Made by a program: the position numbers and the translations under genes | Assembly: GCA_964016885.1 (NCBI GenBank) | Contig: OZ024742.1 | Coordinates: 90,334,001-90,398,000 of the forward strand | Reading direction: 5' to 3' | Source: Eledone cirrhosa | Taxonomy: Eukaryota | Length of the DNA: 64,000 bases | Notes under the pieces: generated by a model | Database searches by the model: none | The model's input: only the letters and a program-made list of their open reading frames with translations | What the model was told of the DNA's origin: nothing | In this document: one piece after another, positions 1 to 14,200 of the stretch | Layout of the letters: every line of letters begins with the position of its first letter | Position numbering within the stretch: the stretch's first letter is position 1

Positions 1-258
1 TGATGGGTAGCAGTAAAATATGGTACAGGCATTGGTGGGCCATTGTTTTGGATGATAGGGTGAACTGACTAAGCAAATTTCGCTGAAGTCTGCGGTGGCG
101 AATGGTCAACTTCCTTCGGACATGCGCTTGCGCAGGCCGGTGGGGGTGAATTGGTATTCACAAGGGAGCGGATGAAAAACCCCAAAACACGCAATTCATC
201 CGTTCCCTTGTCGATCCAATTTGGATTGCCTGGGAAACATAACCTTATTATGTAACAA

Positions 259-332
259 GCTGTCTGATGATGACACGACACTCGCACACAGAACAGTGTG
301 GCCAGTGTCGTCACTGAAATATATATCATAGC
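259..332 (+). ncRNA. Type I hammerhead ribozyme motif
   Basis: gctgt-CTGATGA-[stem II acgacact/agtgtcgt with cacac/gtgtg hairpin]-GAAA-tatata-TC-atagc; stem I gctgt/atagc; palindromic stem III. Confidence 0.75.
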
Positions 333-454
333 ATTATTATTAAAGGACTTGAACATCTGAAACTACTTCGCTTTTCCTTATTCGATATTTACTCCATCAC
401 TCCTATGTGGAAAAAGTACGCTGAGTGCTTGAATTGAATTGAATCAATGTTTAC

Positions 455-543
<89 letters not shown>

Positions 544-778
544 TATAATACATATATTCATATACATATAATATATATATTACATATATATTCATATATA
601 TATATCTTATATGCAATATGTTGAAAAGGTAACACACTAGAGAGAGAAAGTGTGCCATCAATAAAACAGGGAAAACCACCAGTGAATGGAATCTATAACT
701 ATGGAAGGCAGGGTATACACACAATAATTAAAAATATAAATTAAAATGTATATACGCACCTCTATAATTATATAACAC

Positions 779-857
779 ACGCGTACAAATCCAAAGTGAT
801 CTCTTTCGCCAGGAAGTTGTTGACTGAAATACAATAGCCTAGGGTTCATCAGCGCGT
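779..857 (-). ncRNA. Hammerhead ribozyme motif (left arm of fold-back)
   Basis: Minus strand acgcg-CTGATGA-...-GAAA-gagatc..gatttg-TA-cgcgt; stem III carries one mismatch. Confidence 0.6.
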
Positions 858-1377
858 ACTAGACTATACATTCCAGGCAACTCTAAGATAATCTAAAGCG
901 ACCGTCCAGCTACACGCGGCAGAGAGATCTCACAGCGTGTTTAGGAAAGTGAAGCAGTGGTATCTGAGGGACGAGCTGCTAGAAAGGGCAGCCCAAAAAC
1001 CACTCAAAGAAGTGTGATGAACCAAACAGAGAGAGAGAAAGGAACGTTGTTATAAGGTGCGAAATATCACGATAAATTAACGGAGCCATAGACTCTCCAG
1101 GATTCCTTTTCCTTTGAGCACATTATTGACAGGGAATAACAAGAGTCTATGGCTCCGTTAATTTATCGTGATATTTCGCTCCTTATAACAGTCTTTCCTC
1201 TCCCTTTGTTTGGTTGAGCACACTTCTTTGAGTGGCTTTTGGGCTGCCCTTTCTAGCAGCTCGTCCCTCAGATAGTACTGGTTCACTGCCCTAAACACGC
1301 TGTGACATCTCTCTGCCGCGTGTAGCTGGACGGTCACTTTAGATTCTCTTAGAATTGTCTGGAATGTATAGTCTAGT

Positions 1378-1456
1378 ATGCGCTGATGAACGCTAGGCTA
1401 TTCCATTTCAGTCAACAACTTACTGGCGAAACAGATCTCTTTGGATTTGTCCGCGT
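1378..1456 (+). ncRNA. Hammerhead ribozyme motif (right arm of fold-back)
   Basis: atgcg-CTGATGA-ac-gctag..ctggc-GAA-acagatc..gatttgt-C-cgcgt; GUC cleavage triplet, 7-bp stem III. Confidence 0.7.
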
Positions 1457-1692
1457 GTGTTATATAGTTATAGAGGTGCGTATCTACATTTTAATTTATA
1501 TTTTTAATTATTGTGTGTATACCCTGCCTTCCATAGAGTATAGATTCCATACACTGGTGGTTTTCCCTGTTTTATTGATGGCACACTTTCTCTCTCTAGT
1601 GTGTTACCTTTTCAACATATTGCATATAAGATATATATATATGAATATATATGTAATATATATATTATATGTATATGAATATATGTATTATG

Positions 1693-1740
<48 letters not shown>

Positions 1741-1919
1741 TTAAAACAATCAATTGATTTTTTATTTCATTGTTTTAACTTATATCATGACTCTGTTTTC
1801 CCTTTAATGTTTTATGTTTTCCGGGATTTATCTTAACCTACAACATTTTGAACATATGGATTACATCGAGTTCTTCATGCAGAATAGACCCCACAAGTTA
1901 CTCTGGATACTTCTGTGTG

Positions 1920-1981
<62 letters not shown>

Positions 1982-2065
1982 ATTGGAGGCTTAGTAAAAT
2001 AGAATCTTTGGCGGTGTGCGAGCACATTCGACCTACGATATGAATGCGTTAGCAAATGGATATGG

Positions 2066-2097
<32 letters not shown>

Positions 2098-2224
2098 TGT
2101 AAGTATGCATACGTACATATAAATGTATGTATATATATATATATATATATCTAAAATCAAGGGAATACAAATACTGAACAAATCTTAAAATAAATTCTAA
2201 ATAATTCACTGTACTTACTGTATG

Positions 2225-2307
2225 TGCCCTTACCGCGGTTTCAAATCCCAAATGAATAGATAATCCAAGCGGATTTTCATTAAGAAAAAGATTCTCGTCA
2301 GAAGGCA
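2225..2307 (-). ncRNA. Type I hammerhead ribozyme motif
   Basis: Minus strand tgcctt-CTGACGA-gaatct..gggattt-GAAAC-CGCG-GTA-agggca; 6-bp stem I, palindromic ACCGCGGT stem III. Confidence 0.8.
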
Positions 2308-2739
2308 TTTCTCTCTCGGAGAATATAAAATTCCCGAGTTAAAAATTATAAACTAGCGCCATTCAAAACTGCCTCAGAATGAGAGCAAATAAATGATAAA
2401 CCAGTTTTGTCATGGTACCGTGTGCAAAAGCAAAAGCAGGGTGGACAATCCTGTACTGCTAAAAATAGCAGCCATTCAGACGACCAAAGATGTCTCTACC
2501 ATTGGGGAGAATAATAATAAAAGTATATGTCTCTACATGTAATTAATACACACAAGGACACAAGTATGGTCCGGCCATATATATATATATATATACATTC
2601 CACACAATACAATTAGTTAGCACCCCGAACGTTTAATTAGGAATATACTCACTTTCCTAATGTTTGTTGAGTGAGTTTGGATTTGGCCGGCGCATTGCTA
2701 TTAGCTTTCTCCGATAATGTATTTATATATATATATATA

Positions 2740-5450
2740 TAAGCAAGATGTATGGTAGGTCGTACGTAAATCGCGATGATCACGCCTGATCTACCAAATA
2801 TGCGACGGTAGCTAGTTAAGCTCTATGCGTATAAGCAGAGCAGAAATATTAATGAAAAAGAACAAAGGAACTATTATGACATTATAACAAGTTTATTGCC
2901 GACAGCCGTTTCGTCCGACCATATGGTGGGACTTTGCAGGGCATATAACAGGTGATTGTAAGTTCATTATTTACATCAACGTTTCACTCAAGATTAGCAG
3001 TTTGAAATCGTGGTATACATCAACAGCTCTGCTGGGGTCTATATTCTAAGGGGTCTCTTTTATATTAGTTGTAGGAGTTGTAAAAGGGATGGGTTATAGG
3101 GAGTTAAGAGAATTTGAAAAGGGCCTAAGAGTTAGGGATTGAAGGTTAAAAATTAAAGAATTTATAAGTTACGCATTAAAAGTAAGAGACTATGGATCTC
3201 GTAAAAGCACCTTTAAAAATCCCTCAATAAGCGCATAAAGCTTATAAGCCCCAATAAACCTAAAGGAAAGGGATGTTTCTCTTTGTTGAATATAAGCCAC
3301 CAATTTAGCGGAGAAGTATTTAGAGAGTTGTAATTTTGCCACGAGGAACCACCGTTGGTAGAAAGATATGATAGGAATATCGACAACGACTTTAGCTTGG
3401 TTTTACATTATTTATTAACAGAGGTTGAGCTGGCATGCCAAGAGAAATAAAACAAATCAATTAAGATTACAAGAGAAAATACGGGCGACTGGCTGAAGGC
3501 GTTTGGCCAGGCTCGTAGGTAATGTTTTGTCGTTACATATTGTTTGTGCTTACGGAGCAAAAGAACAAGCGTGTTTTACCTTAGCATGGTCCAGCTGCGA
3601 GTCATAGCGTCCTCAAATCTTTGCGGGCTATTTCTCCCCCAGAACGCGTAGGGATACATCCTCTTCTCCTGGCGCTGATTGGCTGAGCTGAGCCAAATCA
3701 CGCACAGAGAATGTATGTGAGCCCGCGGAATGTAGGTCACTACAAACCTAACAAACCAGAAGAGATTAAGAGAATAAAAAAAAATTAAAAAATAAAAATA
3801 AAAAGTTTCCTAAAAAATTCCTTCAAAAACAAACAAAAAATTTTTTCTAAGAGATCCCCTTAAAAAGTTTTAGAAAATTTACGAAGATTTAATAATCCCT
3901 ACGAAAGTTCTAAACTCAAAAATTAAAAATTAAAAATTAAAAATTAGGGAAAAGAACTTTCAATAAGATTTAAGAGGTTAATAAAGTTAATGATTTAGGG
4001 AATCCATAATATAAAGATTAAGATTTAAGTTAGGATTTGAATTTTAAGAGTTCCAAACCCAGAAATTAAAAAAATTTATGAATTTAAGATTAAGCAATCT
4101 TATATATCCAAGATTAAAAATTAAAGATTAAGGGGTTGAACATTAAATTTAATTTTAAAAATTAAGAAAAAAATAGTTGAAAGAAATTAATTAATTAAAG
4201 GTTAATTCAAAAAGCCTTCAAAAAATACCTCAGAAAAGGCCCTTTTAATATTTTTAACAAAAACCTCTTCCGAAAGACCCTTCAAAGAATTAAAATTTTA
4301 GAGAACCTTTAAAAATATATATAAATGAATTGAGGAAAATTACAAATTAAAAATTAAAAATTACGGGATTTGGGAGATCCGAGGAATTTTCAAAGGGCTG
4401 CTTCAACAGATACAGCAACTTAGAGATAATAGATAAAGTAATTTAAGTAATTTAAGTAATCTAATTAAGGAGCAATTCAAAGAGCTTATCAAGTTGGGCA
4501 AGATTAAAGAAAATGATAAGTAAGAAAATATATAAGCAAAACGACAATAATTATAAAATGTATTTTTAATAGCTTCAGTAATCTAATAATGTATTATAAA
4601 AAAATTATTAATATAGGATTAACAAAGACATAATAATATATTCCTGCCTAATTAACAAACAATCAATAAACAATTAATAGTCAAGCAAATTTACTCAGGG
4701 ATATCCCACGCACGGATACTTTACACACATACAGCAAGATGAACAATACAGGTGACCTTATGGGTGCGATATCCATTGTGCCATGCAGTAATCTGCATAG
4801 CTCCAGGCACAGTCTGTCTTGTTGAAAAGTTCCGAGTTCACGAATCAACTGGGATTCACTATCAGCTGTATGGACTCTCTGGGAAATGTACCTGTGGATC
4901 AAATAACTAGTGGTCACAGGGTGTGGCGCGGTCGATCTTTTCCATGTAGTTTCGGTCGTGCCAGTTATTAATCCATGCGTGGGATTGCAGGCGTTTGCGA
5001 TAGATCAGCCTGCCGGTTATAAATCCAAGGTTTTGCTGTATAGGATATATTGGTGTACATGATATATTGGTAAAAAAGTCCAGTATGGACTTGACTGGGG
5101 TGGTATATTGCGTCTCTCGCTATTATCCCCTCCTCTCACCAATTCCAAGTTCACACGCGACTGGTCAAATTCTAAGGGCTGTCTCCTCTTTGCTTGTTGT
5201 AGGGGTCGGTTTTAGATTAGATGGTGGTTGTGTTATCCATGTTTCTTCTTTATCCCGTCAGTTATGCATATTCAAGACAGATCACGATATATATGCAGAT
5301 ATTTGCGGGTATGGTCCGGCGTCTACGCTATCCAAAGGGTCTCTCTTGTGGTATTTTCAAATTCGCATGTCATCTCCCGGTTAAGTCTGCGCATGCTTCG
5401 GTGAATCCCGTGCATGGAATCTTGGGGTATCATATTACACGGGGTGACTA
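2740..5450 (-). mobile_element. Degenerate PLE 3' portion (GIY-YIG remnant, long AT-rich 3' region, terminal HHR)
   Basis: ESQLIRELGT in ORF 4681..4917 resembles the GIY-YIG C-terminal E..I..L motif; same-strand HHR at 2897-2943; boundaries approximate. Confidence 0.4.
2897..2943 (-). ncRNA. Degenerate minimal hammerhead motif followed by AATAAA
   Basis: tgcc-CTGCAAA-gtcc..ggac-GAAAC-ggct-GTC-ggca; all stems intact, core mutated at positions 6 and 8. Confidence 0.6.
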
Positions 5451-5536
5451 GCAGAAAATACATACTCCATGCTATCGCGCAGGCGCAGGCCTGTGGCTAC
5501 GACCATGTCCAGTCTCGGGTAGTAGCAGACAGCATG

Positions 5537-6470
5537 TATAATTCAAAGGGTTATATGTATATAATTCGACATAGTCACAGATACATATATGAGTTTGGCT
5601 ACCTTTCACGGTGTGGCTCAAACTTGCAATTTTTTATATATAGCACTGATTAATCATTATTTGCTTAATTAATTCTTCATTGAGCCACACCGTGAATGGT
5701 TGCCAAACTCATATATGTATCTGTGACTATGTCTAATTATATACATATATCCCTCTAAATTTAATATATACTCCCGTAAGGTTGAGTAAAACTTTAGGTA
5801 GTATCTGGCTGCGCTTTCTATCAACCAGCCTACTTGCCGACTGGCAACCAATCACTACTCTCTGCCTTGACCGCTAGTCACGTGATAGTTCTTAGCCATT
5901 TTTTAATTCATTTCTGGCGGGGATCACGGTAGTAATTTTAATCCAGACTCGAGGTGTCTCTTGAAGAGTTCCAAGCCTTGTGGATAGATCCAGGATTGGG
6001 TATATCCGGAGAAAAGGAACAAAACTACCGGTAGTCGAGACTAGAGGAATTTTGGTAAAGTTTATATGCATTTATACTTCTAACTTCTATTTATACCTAA
6101 CTCCGTGTAGTTGATTATTTATCTCGTCAATTTCTAAGGGCTAAAAAGAATGACTAAGTAAATGTTATCTTGCTATCCCTCGAAGAAGATAGTCTGTATC
6201 ATTTGTCTATAATTTCTTCATAGTTATTTTTTAAACTTATAGCCTCGTTTAAATGATTATTTATGTGGTTGATTTCTACGGGCTAGGGAAAGGAAATACT
6301 GTATATATTTTATCTAATAGTTCTTCAAACTTGCAATTTCATATATAGCTCTGATTAATGATTATTTGCTTAACTAATTCTTCATTGAGCCACACTGTGA
6401 AAGGTAGCCAAACTCATATATGTATCTGTGACTAATTATATACATATATCCCTTTGAATTTTATATATAT
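5537..6470 (+). repeat. Retrozyme-like unit: ~707-bp monomer with ~150-bp direct repeat and 5' inverted duplication
   Basis: 5537-5621 is inverted at 5680-5765; 5618-5770 is repeated directly at 6325-6470; HHR in between. Confidence 0.7.
5956..6041 (+). ncRNA. Type I hammerhead motif with G12A substitution (probably inactive)
   Basis: gtctc-TTGAAGA-gttcc..ggaac-AAAAC-taccggta-GTC-gagac; perfect stems I, II and III. Confidence 0.7.
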
Positions 6471-6478
6471 ATGTATAT

Positions 6479-9310
6479 TAGAGTGTGCCATAAAAGGCAA
6501 GGTCACAATACTAACGCCTCCTGTGTATTTTCCCATTATAAATGCCCCAATTGGTAAAATAAATCATATTTTGTATAAAATAAATTATTTTGAGACTTGT
6601 CTATATCATGGTGATTATAGTAGAAAGTGTGATTATGTTGTATGAAATCGTGAAAATGTGAAACCAAATATGACCATACAATAATTGTTTATTTTATTAA
6701 TCCATTATATTAGTAAATCAGCTTTGAATATAAACGCGTACAAGGAAGAAACAAGTTCAGTTAAGTTAACTCCAGTCATATTTTTTTCAGAGTTTCTTTT
6801 TTGAAATCAGCGACGACTAGCTTCGACTACTTGAAGAACACACTGATTCTCCTCCTCATTCTTGGTGATGGCAATAAAATCAGTCATCAACTTGACTGCT
6901 CTCTTCGTCGTTGACTACCTTGATATTGTGAACAACAGCACAGGCATTTTGATATGACGCTTGTGATGACCAAGTTGCAGGTGACAGCTCAAACCAAACA
7001 TCGTCGAGACCAAGGAGATCGAACAGAAGCCTTGATTTCTTCCCAACTAGATGAGGCAGCTTCGTGGACGACTTCAACTCGGGAAATAGTGGAGCATCAC
7101 GATCGAGAGGCCCAGACGTTTTCGTTTTGACAAGACGTTGGGCTATTTGTTTCTTCTCGGACTCTTGGACCCGACTTCAAAACAGCGCTAGCGGAATGGC
7201 TTCCACCGTCAGGTACCAAATATGCCTGCTCAGAGCAGTAGTGGCTGCCTGCGAGAGATCTTTGTCAACCTTACTGTACTGTGTCAACTCCACGTAAAAT
7301 TGGAGGTCATTGGATGGTGTATCAGCACACTTGACTGCTGTCGGCCAGTATCGCACGTAGAACAGAGCATTGAAAATACAGATCCGGCGCAACTTTTACC
7401 TTTTAGCTTGATCGTAATTGAGTCGTTCACCAAATGCATACATCTTTGCACTATAGATGATTGTGGACATCCACCAAGCGTTATGATGTGCACTAGGCCG
7501 CATCCAATGAATTCCACGAGGAGGGGTGACACCAAGCAAGATCAACATCCACTCGGCACATCCTCGGTAGTCGTCAGATGTCAGCAAATCTTGGAGGAAC
7601 TTGATGTTCTCAGAACACAGACGCTTGAGTCTCCGGTCGACAATGTTCAATGTTTTAAAGTTGGTCTTGTCCGTGAGTAACACCCAATCTTTTTTGAACT
7701 CCTTGAACTCTGGGGTGTCTGGACTGGACATTACTCCGAATAGTTGTTGCCACACTGCACACAAGATACGCTCCATGAATGGTGCCGACAAGCAAAATAA
7801 AACACCTTTTTGTTGAGCATCTCTTCTAGTTTCACGCAGGCACCATTTTTCCATCCAGAATTCGAAGCAATTGTGTCGAAAATCAAGCCCACCACAGACC
7901 CATCAACATTCCAATCGTTAACAAGATCAAATGATGCTTTGGCTTGGGTGGTTCCAGTGCCATCAGGAATTATGCGAACACCGAGGAGTTTACCTTCTCT
8001 GAAGTCCGGAGTTCCAGCAACTAGCACACCTAGCCTCTCGTGGTCACCAGGAATTATTTTGCCATCCCAATGCAAGGTAACAAAGTCTGGTACAGCAAAT
8101 TGTTCCTTTATGTGTTCAGCCCCCACAGTTTGATCTTCTTAGCTGCACGTCTGCTACTATTCTTGGAGAGAGTTGTGGTGTCTATGTCAGCCCCATCCTC
8201 AGAAATAATCGATGCCATAAATGCTGTTTTCTGGCCCAGTGTCAGCTTTAAACGATCTGCCATTAGAGAAATTTTGGGACTTTGAAATGGATTCTTTGGG
8301 AGTTCCTCGTTTCTTGTCTGACTTTGAACTGTTTCTGGGTGGGTTTGAGGCCTGAAATTCAGGATCCTGTTCATCTTCAGTTTCATCATTGGTTAAACTT
8401 GAATCTCTCAGTTCATTACGTGGACGTTGTGCTGCTACAGGACCTGACAAACGCTTTCTATCGTTCTCTGACTCTCGACGAGCCACAGAAACCTGATTAC
8501 GCTTAAACTTTGAAGATACCTTTTTCTGGTAACCCTTGTCTTCAGCACCCAGAGATACTTTTTTCTGGCAACGCAGGGCTTCGAGAAATGTAGCATCTTC
8601 CATTTTCTCTTCATTATTACGAAGACGGTCTTTCAAAATTTTCTTTTCTGCATCAGCATGTGCAATGTAGAAATACAAATCCAATTCAGAAATAAATAGT
8701 GCTTCCTTTTCTTTGCTTGACTTAGAACCTTTGTTTTTTTTGTAAATTTCTATATTCACTGTACATGTTCATAATTTTCAGTTTCACTTTGTCTGTTCGT
8801 TGAGTCGCCACACCAGCTTTTTCCCACTGACTAACTATTTCCTTCACATATCTATCCGCAATAGCACCATTGAAGCTCACATGCTTTTCGTGTTTCATAG
8901 AACCATCTTTCCGGTAGAGGAAATATGTTAGAACATCCCCCTTTGTTGGTATTTTGTTTGGTGATAAGGATGTAACATATTGCCCCAGGAGCCATATTTC
9001 TCGATCATCACAACGGAGCGAATAGCTACAACTAGGCCTACTGGTTTCCGCCATTATTCTGCCAATTTGCAACTATTAGGCAAGGCTTAAATTAGTCTGA
9101 AATAATCAAAATTACATTATAAATTGATAATATACAAAATGGCATAAGAAAATGCATAGGGAGCTAAGAAAAAGACACTTTTGTGTAAAATTATCGACAG
9201 CAAATGCCTACAGCAATGGTATGTCCCACTGCGGGCTCTGTAATTTAGAACTGCTGCATATTTTAAGAGACGATAGGATGCTGCTTAACAGCAAAATAGA
9301 AAAATCCAAT
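6479..9310 (-). mobile_element. hAT-superfamily (hATm-like) DNA transposon, frameshifted transposase, one terminus visible
   Basis: Consecutive minus-strand ORFs 8722..9072, 8199..8759, 8108..8389, 7731..8126, 7396..7854, 7177..7392, 6880..7077 with HWDGK, FDTxASNSG..GAC..LE, ACRHH, HxAWWM and VVND motifs; TAGAGTG terminus at 6479 next to (TA)n. Confidence 0.7.
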
Positions 9311-11292
9311 TTCTGTAGGTATAAAATAGCTACTAGATTTACGAACTTCAAACCACCATGATTTGAACCAGCAATCCCAAAATTAGTACTGAACCACTAG
9401 ATTTTAATATATTGAATACACACTATCGCACCACTATTAGCTATCAAACAGCCAACTGATCACTGGAACATAAATCTCTGTACACTTCTTCCACCCTCTC
9501 TCCATCAACCTCATTAAGATAGAACAACCAGCAAAACATCTACAACAAACGTTTATCAAACGCCCTGTCAGCCCATAAGTATCATACATTAATTAATCTC
9601 TAATTTATTATCTTTCCTTTATCGGACCCTCCACACAAATTTATCTACATCTCAAATCTGGTTTCTCATGTTAGCACAAAAAAAAACTTCCTCAAAAACT
9701 ACTAAAATCTAATTCTACGTACACTCTCTCATTCTTATTTCTTTTATTTCTTTGTATCCTCCATTTCCTCATTTTCTTCTTATTATTATTACTTTTTAAT
9801 GTACTCTATCTTATATTTTACTTTTTTACATCTGTAACATCCCTATCTATTTACAATACATATTTTACTATTGATGTTATTGTTTTATTTAAAATGTTAT
9901 TATTGATGTTATTGTTTCGGTGTTACGCTACTTTTCTATATAAGTCTTGCCTCGAGTGAACTATTTTCATATCTACGTGCTTATATGTATTGGAGTCGAT
10001 TGACGCAACCTCAAGCGATTAGCGAACTCTAGACACACCTGATCAACGAAACAATTATCAGTACTTTAAATAAAGCCCTTATTGTACAGCCAACTATGTT
10101 ACTCTTCTTTCCTTAACTATTATTACTCCAAGTATAACCTACATAGAAATTAGCGCGAACTCGCTGCATAGCTATGAAACCATCTTGTTGAGTCAAACAA
10201 AGCCGTACGTTTAAACGATCCACGACGCGGAGTACTCTAACTGGATTACCTATAACGACAACTTGTTATCCCATATATATATATATATATAAATATATAT
10301 ATAAGTTTAAATTTTGTGGTTTACCACTGGATAGAATTGGTCATTCTGCAATTTTAATCATGACGTAATATGGAAAAATCACTCGAAGTTTGCAACACAT
10401 CCATCTTCAATGTTGAATCTTGCTGGTGATGCGGGAACGGAGTAAATGTATTATAAAGTGAAATGACAAGAGGCCAAATATGTTGAATTTCCTTAATTTC
10501 CTATTACTGTAAACAGTCCTTAAAGTAGTTCCCTCCCCCATCCTACGTAAACTTGAGTGGATGAATCTATCGCAATGTTGCTACAACATGAATTCGCTAC
10601 TCCTCCTCTAGCAATAAAGCACCAGCGCAACATAATTTAGCATTCCTCTCAAATACTATACTTCCACAGCAAGCAGGACTCGTGAATCCATTTTTGATTA
10701 AAATCTGGGATTCACAGCAAATTTGAGTCACCTTGTTATAAACCTGGGTGTGTACGACAATAACCTAAAATAAAAATAAAAATAACGAATGTTAATATTG
10801 GTTAAATTTAGCAACGATATTAGTAAAATTGACATACATTCACACTTGATGTATATTTATGTGTATATATATCTATATATATAAATCTGAGGATGTGTGT
10901 GTTAAGGTTTGTAACGGATTCACGTCCACAACTTCCGATGGATTCTATTCAAAGTCAGGACAATTATTGCTTTTGGTCAGGAAAACGTCATGAAGCAAAA
11001 AGAAATTCAAATCCATCAACAATAAGGGCAAAAATCGATCATGATCATTCCCCCTCGCTATAATTTAACTGTTTTACTCTCTCTGTCGCTCTTCACTCCC
11101 TAAATGACAACACTGCAGAGAGAGAAACAATGTGTATGATCAAATGGAGCGTTCCGTATATTCCCTCTCTCTATAATTTAACTGCTTCACTCTCTCTGTC
11201 GCTCTTTACTCCCTATATGACAACACTGCGGTGGAGCATTCCGTATTGAGCGTTCCGTATTGAGCGTTCCGTATTGATATACGGCTTATCTG

Positions 11293-14200
11293 GTGCATTA
11301 TATAAATCGGAATGTAACCCGTGAAATTTTTCCTGGGCAAAATTATTCGAACAGACATGACCTTATTGTCAGAGTGTTCAGACTGAAACTGGCTAAACTC
11401 ATGGCTTTTATCAAAAAGGGTCAGGTACTTGGGGCTGTAAAATGTGACATATTCACCGTCGAATGGCAAAAACGAGGGCTGCCACATGCTTACATTTTGA
11501 TTTGGTTAGCTGATAAAATCAAATCAAATGCCATAGACAGCTTCATTTCGGCTGAAATCCCTAACCCAGCAACTGTCCAGGAATTACATGATATCAGCAA
11601 AGCTAACATGGTCCGTGTGCCTCGGGTCCTAATGAGCATCACACGTGTCGGAAAGAGGGGTCGTGCAGTAAGGGATACCCAAGAAAATGTGTTGACAAGA
11701 CTCAGACTGGTGGCGACAGGTACCCCCTGTACAGGCCCGAGACGGCCTGAGAACGGTGGCTTCACCACAACAGTAAAGGCAGGTCAAGTCGACAATAGAT
11801 GGGTGGTCCCTTACTGCTCGCTTCTCTTGAAGATGTTCAACGCCCACATCAACTTTGAGATTTGCAACTCCGTCAAGTCGATAAAATACATATGCAAATA
11901 TGTAAATAAGGGCTCTGATGCCGCAATGTTCGCATTTCAAGCTGAAAATAGCAGGGATGTGGTTACAGAATACCTGGCGGGGCGGTACATCAGTAGCAAT
12001 GAAGCTTTTTGGCGCCTATTTGGTTTACCCCTACACCAACGGCACCCCGCCATCGTACAGCTTGCGGTACATTTGGAAAATGGGCAAAGGGTTTACTTTA
12101 CGGACCAAACCGCCGCCAAGTTGGCCGCCGATCCGAAAGAGACCACTCTGACGGGTTTCTTCAAACTTTGCCACTTCGATGCATTTGCGCAAACAAGTGT
12201 GTACCCCCAGGTTCTATCCTACTTTATATGGCCGAAAATCACTTGAGTGCGAAGAAAGTCAGGTCAGGCTGTTCAAAGACATCCTGGTGTAAAATTTGAC
12301 AGCTGTCTTGGAAGGGTTTACACTGTGTCCCCAAGTCAGCATGAGTGCTTTCATCTCCGCCTTCTTCTGCATGAAATTGTAGGCCCACAAAGTTTTCAGG
12401 ACCTCAAAACTGTTGATGAAGAAATATGTGATACGTACCGGGAAGCCTGCTTTAAGCGTGGTCTTTTGGAAGGTGATTCGCAATGGGATTCCACTTTAGC
12501 ATAGGGTGCTTTGTTGAAATCAACTAAAAGTCTACGAGAACTCTTTGCCATTTTGCTTCAAAAGTGTGAATTGGGTGATCCCAAATCTTTCTGGGTCAAG
12601 TACAAAGACTTCATGTCTGAGGACTTCCTGCGCCTGGCTCATCTGCAGTATCCTTCAGTGGAAGTTGGTTACAGTGACATTATCTACAACAGGGCGGTGG
12701 ATTGGCAGTATCGGTAGAGGGTCGGACGTCATGCTTTCCAGCATAGTTACGTCCCTTTACGATCTGAGTTCAAATCCCGCCGAGGTTGACTTTGCCTTTC
12801 ATCCTTACGGGGTCGATAAAATAAAGTACCAGTAATGCACTGGGTAATTGCTGGCCTTGTGCCTAAAGTAGAAACAATTATCTACAACAGGGCACTCATT
12901 GATATCAAGGACGCCCTCCTCGACATGGATGGGAGCGAATTGGCGACGTATGGTTTGCTGTCAACCGTCAGAGAGGACGCTAACACGTTGGCCCCGGATT
13001 TGTTGCGAGAAACAGCATATGACATCGAATCTCTTTCCCAATACTTAGAGGAAAATGAGCCTAAACTTCTGTCGGACCAAAGGTTGGCTTATTTAACTAT
13101 CATTGATGCGGTTCAAAATGAGACTGGTGGTATTTACTTTCTCGATGCTCCTGGAGGTAATGGAAAAACCTTGGGAACAAAATTGATTCTCGCTAAGATT
13201 CGTCAGGAGAAAAAATTGCGTTGGCCGTTGCATCGTCCTGGATCGCTTCTACTTTTCTGCCGGGAGGCAGGACAGCCCACTCAACCTTAAACTCCCCTTG
13301 GATTTAGTAAAAACTGAGACACCAACATACAATATCAGCAAGAGTTCACATGAAGCTCTGGTTCTCAAAAAATGTTACCTCATTGTTTGGGATGAGTGCA
13401 CAATGGCACACAAGGGTTCGCTTGAGGCATTGGACAGGAATCTGAAAGACATTAGGGATTCTACTGCTCCTATGGGTGGCGTAACCCTTCTGCTATCAGT
13501 GGATTTTCGGCAAACGCTGTCTGTCATCCCCAAAGGGAAAAGAACTGATGAAGTGCGTGACTGCCTTAAGTTGTCCATGTTGTGGCCCCTAGTGAAGAGT
13601 TTGTAGCTGAGCACAAATGTGAGTGCTCATTTGCATGGTGACAACATGTCTGCAGCATTTTCTAACATTTTAACATTTGGTGAGGACAATGTCCCTGCGG
13701 ATGACAAGGGCGGCATAGCAATCGACTCTCTGTGCAACATTGTGAGCATCCCTTCTGACCTTTGGGAAGCAGTTTTTCCTAATGTCTTTAATAACTTTAA
13801 AAACTTCGATTGGCTCAGCGAAAGAGCCATCCTTGCTCCGTAAAAACCCATGGTTAATTTTATTAACGAGCAGCTGATTAAGAAGATTCCCGGTAATAAG
13901 CACATCTTCAAATCTATCGACCTGACGTCAGACCCCGACAATATCGTTAATTATCCGGTTGAGTTATTAAATTGCCTTGAGCCCCCAGAACTCCCACCTC
14001 ACATTCTTAAGCTTAGGGTTGGCTGTCCAATTATGCTAATAAAGAACATGCGTCCACCAAAGCAGTGCAACGGTACTCGCATGGTCGTCAAGTCACTGAC
14101 GCCCCAATTGGTTGAGGCCACCATTGTAACGGGGTGCGGGAGAGGGGAGAATGTTCTCATTCCAAGGATGAACCTTTTCCCCTCGGCGTCAGATATCGCG

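Larger units (their letters stand above)
458..1738. repeat. Large fold-back (inverted repeat) element, ~560-bp unique arms, 45-nt loop, bounded by (TA)n
   Basis: cggagccatagactct (1081-1096) is the reverse complement of agagtctatggctccg (1142-1157); mirrored ORFs 658..849 and 1386..1739. Confidence 0.9.

Noticed and set aside
10035-10070. ctgatcaacgaaacaattatc HHR-like string
   Set aside because: Core and stems cannot be assembled convincingly; at best a decayed relic
11145-11277. Short gagcgttccgtatt repeats as a CRISPR array
   Set aside because: Direct tandem copies without spacers inside a eukaryotic Helitron 5' region
12692-12790. tRNA gene
   Set aside because: A/B boxes belong to a multi-copy SINE with TSDs; no full cloverleaf
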